Positions 59,390-64,000 of a stretch of DNA of 64,000 bases are shown here, piece after piece (the first letter of the stretch is position 1; every line of letters starts with the position of its first letter). The stretch lies in the NCBI RefSeq assembly GCF_009914755.1, contig NC_060933.1; one strand, given 5' to 3'. The notes beneath the pieces are model-generated. The model did not search any database and was not told where the DNA came from. It saw only the letters and a list, made by a program, of their open reading frames with translations. This stretch comes from the human T2T-CHM13v2.0 reference genome, Homo sapiens. The translations under genes and the position numbers were made by a program.

Positions 59390-62300
59390 ATTCCATTCCA
59401 TTACATTCGGATTGATTCTATTCAACTCCCTTACTCTCCATTACATTCCATTCCATTCGGGTTGTTCCATTCCATTCCATTCCATTCCACTCCATTCCAT
59501 TGCACTCGGGTTGATTCCATTCCATTCCATTCCATTCCATTCCATTCCGGATGATTCCATTCCATTGCATTCCGTTCCATTACATTCCCCTGCACTCGCG
59601 TTGATTCCATTCCATTCCATTCCATTCCATTCCATTCAATTCCATTCCATTACAATTCGTTCCATTCTATTCTATTCGTACCATTCCATTCCATTCCATA
59701 CCATTCCATTCCATTCCATTCCATTCCATTCCATTCCATTCCGTTCCATTCCGTTCCATTCCATTCCATTCCATTCTATTCGGATTAATTCCATTCCATT
59801 CCATTCCATTCCATTCCATTCTATTCCATTCCATTGCAATCGAGTTGAATCCATTGCATTTCATTCCATTCCATTCCATTCCATTCCATTCCGGAATTTT
59901 CCATTCCATTGCCTTCCATTCCATTCCATTCCCCTGCACTCGCGTTGATTCCATTCCATTGCATTCCATGCCATTCCGTTCCGTTCCATTCCATTCCATT
60001 CCATTCCGTTCCGTTCCATTCCATTCCATTCCATTCTATTCGGGTTAATTCCATTCCATTCCATTCGATTGCAATCGAGTTGATTCCATTCCATTCCATT
60101 CCATTCCATTCCATTCCATTCCATTCCATTCCTTTCCATTCCTTTACGGATGATTCCATTCCATTGCATGCCATTCCATTCCATTCCCTTGTACTCGGGT
60201 TGATTCCATTCCATTCCATTGCAATCCATGCCATTCCACTCTTGTTGATTCCATTCTTTCCATTCCATTCAAGTTGAATCCATTCCATTTCATTCCATTC
60301 AATTTGATTCCATTCGATTGCACTCGGGTTGATTCCATTCCATTGCATTCCATTCCATTCCATTCCATTCCATTCCATTCCATTCCATTCGGATTGATTC
60401 TATTCAATTCCCTTACACTGCATTACATTCCAATCCATTCGGGTAGTTTCCATTCCATTCCATTCCATTCCTCTCCATTCCATTGCACTCGGGTTGATTC
60501 CATTCCATTGCATTCCATTCCATTCCATTCAATTCCATTCCGTTCCAATCAATTCCATTACATTCGGATTGATTCTATTCAACTCCCTTACTCTCCATTC
60601 CATTCCATTCCATTCGGGTTGTTCCATTCCATTCCATTCCATTCCACTCCATTCCATTGCACTCGGGTTGATTCCATTCCATTCCATTCCATTCCATTCC
60701 ATTCCATTCCATTCCATTCCAATCGAGTTGATTCCATTCCATTCCATTCCATTCCAGTCCTTTCCATTCCATTCCACTCGGGTTGATTCCATTCTATTAG
60801 TTTCCATTCCATTCCATTCCCTTCCATTCCACTCGGGTTGATTCCATTCCTTTCCATTCCACTCGAATACATTCCCTCCTATTCCACTCGGAACGATTCC
60901 ATTCCATTCCATTCCATTCCATTCCATTCCATTCCATTCCATTCCATTCCATTCCATTCCATTCCATTTCGTTCCATTCCATTCTATTCCGTATCATTCC
61001 ATTCCATTCTATTCCATTCCATTCCATTCCACTCGTGTTGATTTCATTCCTTTCCATTCCATTCGGTTTGAAGGCATTCCATTCCATTCCATTCCATTCC
61101 ATTCCATTCCATTCCATTCCATTCCATTCTACTCGGGTTGATTCCATTCCATTGCATTCCATTCCATTCCATTCCATTCCATTCCGTTGCATTCCATTCC
61201 ATTACATTCGGATTGATTCTATTCAACTCCCTTACTCTCCATTACATTCCCTTCCATTCGGGTTCTTCCATTCCATTCCATTCCGTTCCACTCCATTCCA
61301 TTGCACTCGGATTGATTCCATTCCATTCCATTCCATTCCATTCCATTCCGGATGATTCCATTCCATTGCATTCCGTTCCATTACATTCCCCTGCACTCGG
61401 GTTGATTCCATTCCATTCCATTCCATTCCATTCGATTCCATTCCATTCCAATTCTTTCCATTCCATTCTATTCCTTACCGTTCCATTCCATTCCATACAA
61501 TTCCATTCCATTCCATTCCACTCCGTTCCGTTCCGTTCCGTTCCGTTCCATTCCATTCCATTCCATTCTCTTTGGTTTAATTCCATTCCATTCCATTCCA
61601 TTCCATTCTATTCCATTCCATTGCAATCGAGTGGAATCCATTGCATTCCATTCCATTCCATTCCATTCCATTCCGGAAGATTCCATTCCATTGTATTCCA
61701 TTCCATTCCATTCCATTCCATTCCATTCCATTCCATTCCATTTCGCTCCATTCCATTCTATTCCGTCTCATTCCATTCCATTCCATTCCATTCCATTCCA
61801 TTCCATTCCATTCCACTCGTGTTGATTCCATTCCTTTCCATTCCATTCGGTTTGAAGGCATTCCATTCCATTCCATTCCATTCCATTCCATTCCATTCCA
61901 TTGTACTCGGGTTGATTCCATTCCATTGCATTCCATTCCATTCCATTCCATTCCATTCCATTCCGTTGCATTCCATTCCATTACGTTCGGATTGATTCTA
62001 TTCAACTCCCTTACTCTCCATTACATTCCATTCCATTTGGGTTGTTCCATTCCATTCCATTCCATTCCACTCCATTCCATTGCACTCGGGTTGATTCCAT
62101 TCCATTCCATTCCATTCCATTCCATTCCGGATGATTCCATTCCATTGCATTCCGTTCCATTACATTCCCCTGCACTCGCGTTGATTCCATTCCATTCCAT
62201 TCCATTCCATTCAATTCCATTCCATTACAATTCCTTCCATTCCATTCTATTCCGTACCATTCCATTCCATTCCATACCATTCCATTCCATTCTATTCCAT

Positions 62301-63530
62301 TCCATTCCATTCCATTCCGTTCCATTCCGTTCCATTCCATTCCATTCCATTCTATTCGGATTAATTCCATTCCATTCAATTCCATTCCATTCCATTCTAT
62401 TCCATTCCATTGCAATCGATTTGAATCCATTGCATTTCATTCCATTCCATTCCATTCCATTCCATTCCGGAATTTTCCATTCCATTGCCTTCCATTCCAT
62501 TCCATTCCCCTGCACTCGCGTTGATTCCATTCCATTGCATTCCATTCCATTCCGTTCCGTTCCATTCCATTCCATTCCATTCCGTTCCGTTCCATTCCAT
62601 TCCATTCCATTCTATTCGGGTTAATTCCATTCCATTCCATTCGATTGCAATCGAGTTGATTCCATTCCATTCCATTCCATTCCATTCCATTCCATTCCAT
62701 TCCATTCCTTTCCATTCCATTACGGATGATTCCATTCCATTGCATTCCATTCCATTCCATTCCCTTGTACTCGGGTTGATTCCATTCCATTCCATTCCAA
62801 TCCATGCCATTCCACTCTTGTTGATTCCATTATTTCCATTCCATTCAAGTTGAATCCATTCCATTTCATTCCATTCAATTTGATTCCATTCGATTGCACT
62901 CGGGTTGATTCCATTCCATTGCATTCCATTCCATTCCATTCCATTCCATTCCATTCCATTCGGATTGATTCTATTCAATTCCCTTACACTGCATTACATT
63001 CCAATCCATTCGGGTAGTTTCCATTCCATTCCATTCCATTCCTCTCCATTCCATTGCACTCGGGTTGATTCCATTCCATTGCATTCCATTCCATTCCATT
63101 CAATTCCATTCCGTTCCAATCAATTCCATTACATTCGGATTGATTCTATTCAACTCCCTTACTCTCCATTCCATTCCATTCCATTCGGGTTGTTCCATTC
63201 CATTCCATTCCATTCCACTCCATTCCATTGCACTCGGGTTGATTCCATTCCATTCCATTCCTTTCCATTCCATTCCATTCCATTCCATTCCAATCGAGTT
63301 GATTCCATTCCATTCCATTCCATTCCAGTCCTTTCCATTCCATTCCACTCGGGTTGATTCCATTCTATTAGTTTCCATTCCATTCCATTCCCTTCCATTC
63401 CACTCTGGTTGATTCCATTCCTTTCCATTCCACTTGAATACATTCCCTCCTATTCCACTCGGAACGATTCCATTCCATTCCATTCCATTCCATTCCATTT
63501 CGTTCCATTCCATTCTATTCCGTATCATTC
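59390..63530 (+). repeat. Duplication with ~2.58-kb period (~59390-60990 repeated at ~61965-63530)
   Basis: Private variants each occur twice: ggaattttcc 59893/62469, ccactcttgttg ~60236/62813, caatttgatt 60300/62876, acactgcattacattccaatcc 60415/62986, gttccaatcaattcc 60542/63113. Confidence 0.9.
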
Positions 63531-64000
63531 CATTCCATTCCATTCCATTCCATTCCATTCCATTCCATTCCATTCCATTGTACTCGGGTTGATTCCATTC
63601 CATTGCATTCCATTCCATTCCATTCCATTCCATTCCATTCCATTCCATTCCATTCCATTCCGTTCCATTCCATTACATTCGGATTGATTCTTTGCAACTC
63701 CCTTACTCTCCATTACATTCTATTCCATTCGGATTGTTCCATTCCATTCCATTCCATTCCACTCCATTCCATTGCACTCGGGTTGATTCCATTCCATTCC
63801 ATTGCATTCCATTCCGGATGATTCCATTCCATTGCATTCCGTTCCATTACATTCCCCTGCACTCGGGTTGATTACATTCCATTCCATTCCATTCCATTCC
63901 ATTCCATTCCATTCCATTCCCTTGCATTCCATTCCATTCCTTTCCATTCCAGTCCTTTCCATTCCTTTCCACTCGGGTTGATTCCATTCTATTAGTTTCC

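Larger units (their letters stand above)
1..64000 (+). repeat. Human satellite 3 (HSat3 / Satellite III) pericentromeric array, (CATTC)n on + strand, running off both window edges
   Basis: Seen: near-continuous CATTC pentamers over the entire window, with recurrent ACTCGGGTTG/ATTCGGGTTA/ATCGAGTTG interruptions. Established: (ATTCC)n interspersed with A(T/C)TCGGGTTG is the classical Satellite III consensus. The CATTCGATTC-rich pattern of HSat2 is rare here. Confidence 0.98.

Noticed and set aside
16-63962. Hundreds of ORFs (60-447 aa) on both strands
   Set aside because: A 5-bp repeat without stops translates to IPFHS or MEWNG repeats in all frames. The ORFs overlap in all six frames and have no domain-like content, so none is called as CDS.
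1-64000. CRISPR-like alternation of conserved words and spacers
   Set aside because: The spacers are (CATTC)n rather than unique sequence, spacing is irregular, there are no cas genes, and the context is a primate satellite.
1-64000. HSat2, DYZ1 (3.6-kb) or chr15 1.8-kb-period satellite identity
   Set aside because: CATTCGATTC/GATGAT-rich HSat2 units are rare here, and no regular 3.6-kb or 1.8-kb periodicity is visible in marker spacing.
1-64000. Embedded Alu/L1/unique island or strand inversion
   Set aside because: I found no poly-A tail, target-site duplication or non-pentamer-derived stretch beyond a few tens of bases, and no switch to (GGAAT)n on the + strand.

Overview
The whole 64 kb is one uninterrupted, single-orientation array of classical human/great-ape satellite 3 (HSat3, (CATTC)n / (GGAAT)n), with the C-rich strand on +. 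The pentamer is interrupted by the diagnostic A(C/T)TCGGGTTG-type decamer and a small vocabulary of longer variant modules. I see no genes, RNA genes, transposons or unique sequence. Every ORF in the track is a by-product of the stop-free pentamer (IPFHS / MEWNG). The module content resembles the chromosome 9q12 (pHuR98/HSat3B5-type) array, but this assignment is from memory and needs alignment. The informative signal is architectural. There is an irregular ~11.4-kb higher-order repeat in which copies 1 and 3 are the closest pair, nested tandem duplications of ~4.3, ~1.2, ~6.3 and ~2.6 kb with mappable junctions, and a distinct variant domain at ~45-57 kb. About 40 perfect three-unit heat-shock elements (aTTCc-gGAAg-aTTCc) sit in one module, and every pentamer register slip is -1. 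I found no evidence of a novel coding system. All counts and boundaries were read by eye and are approximate.
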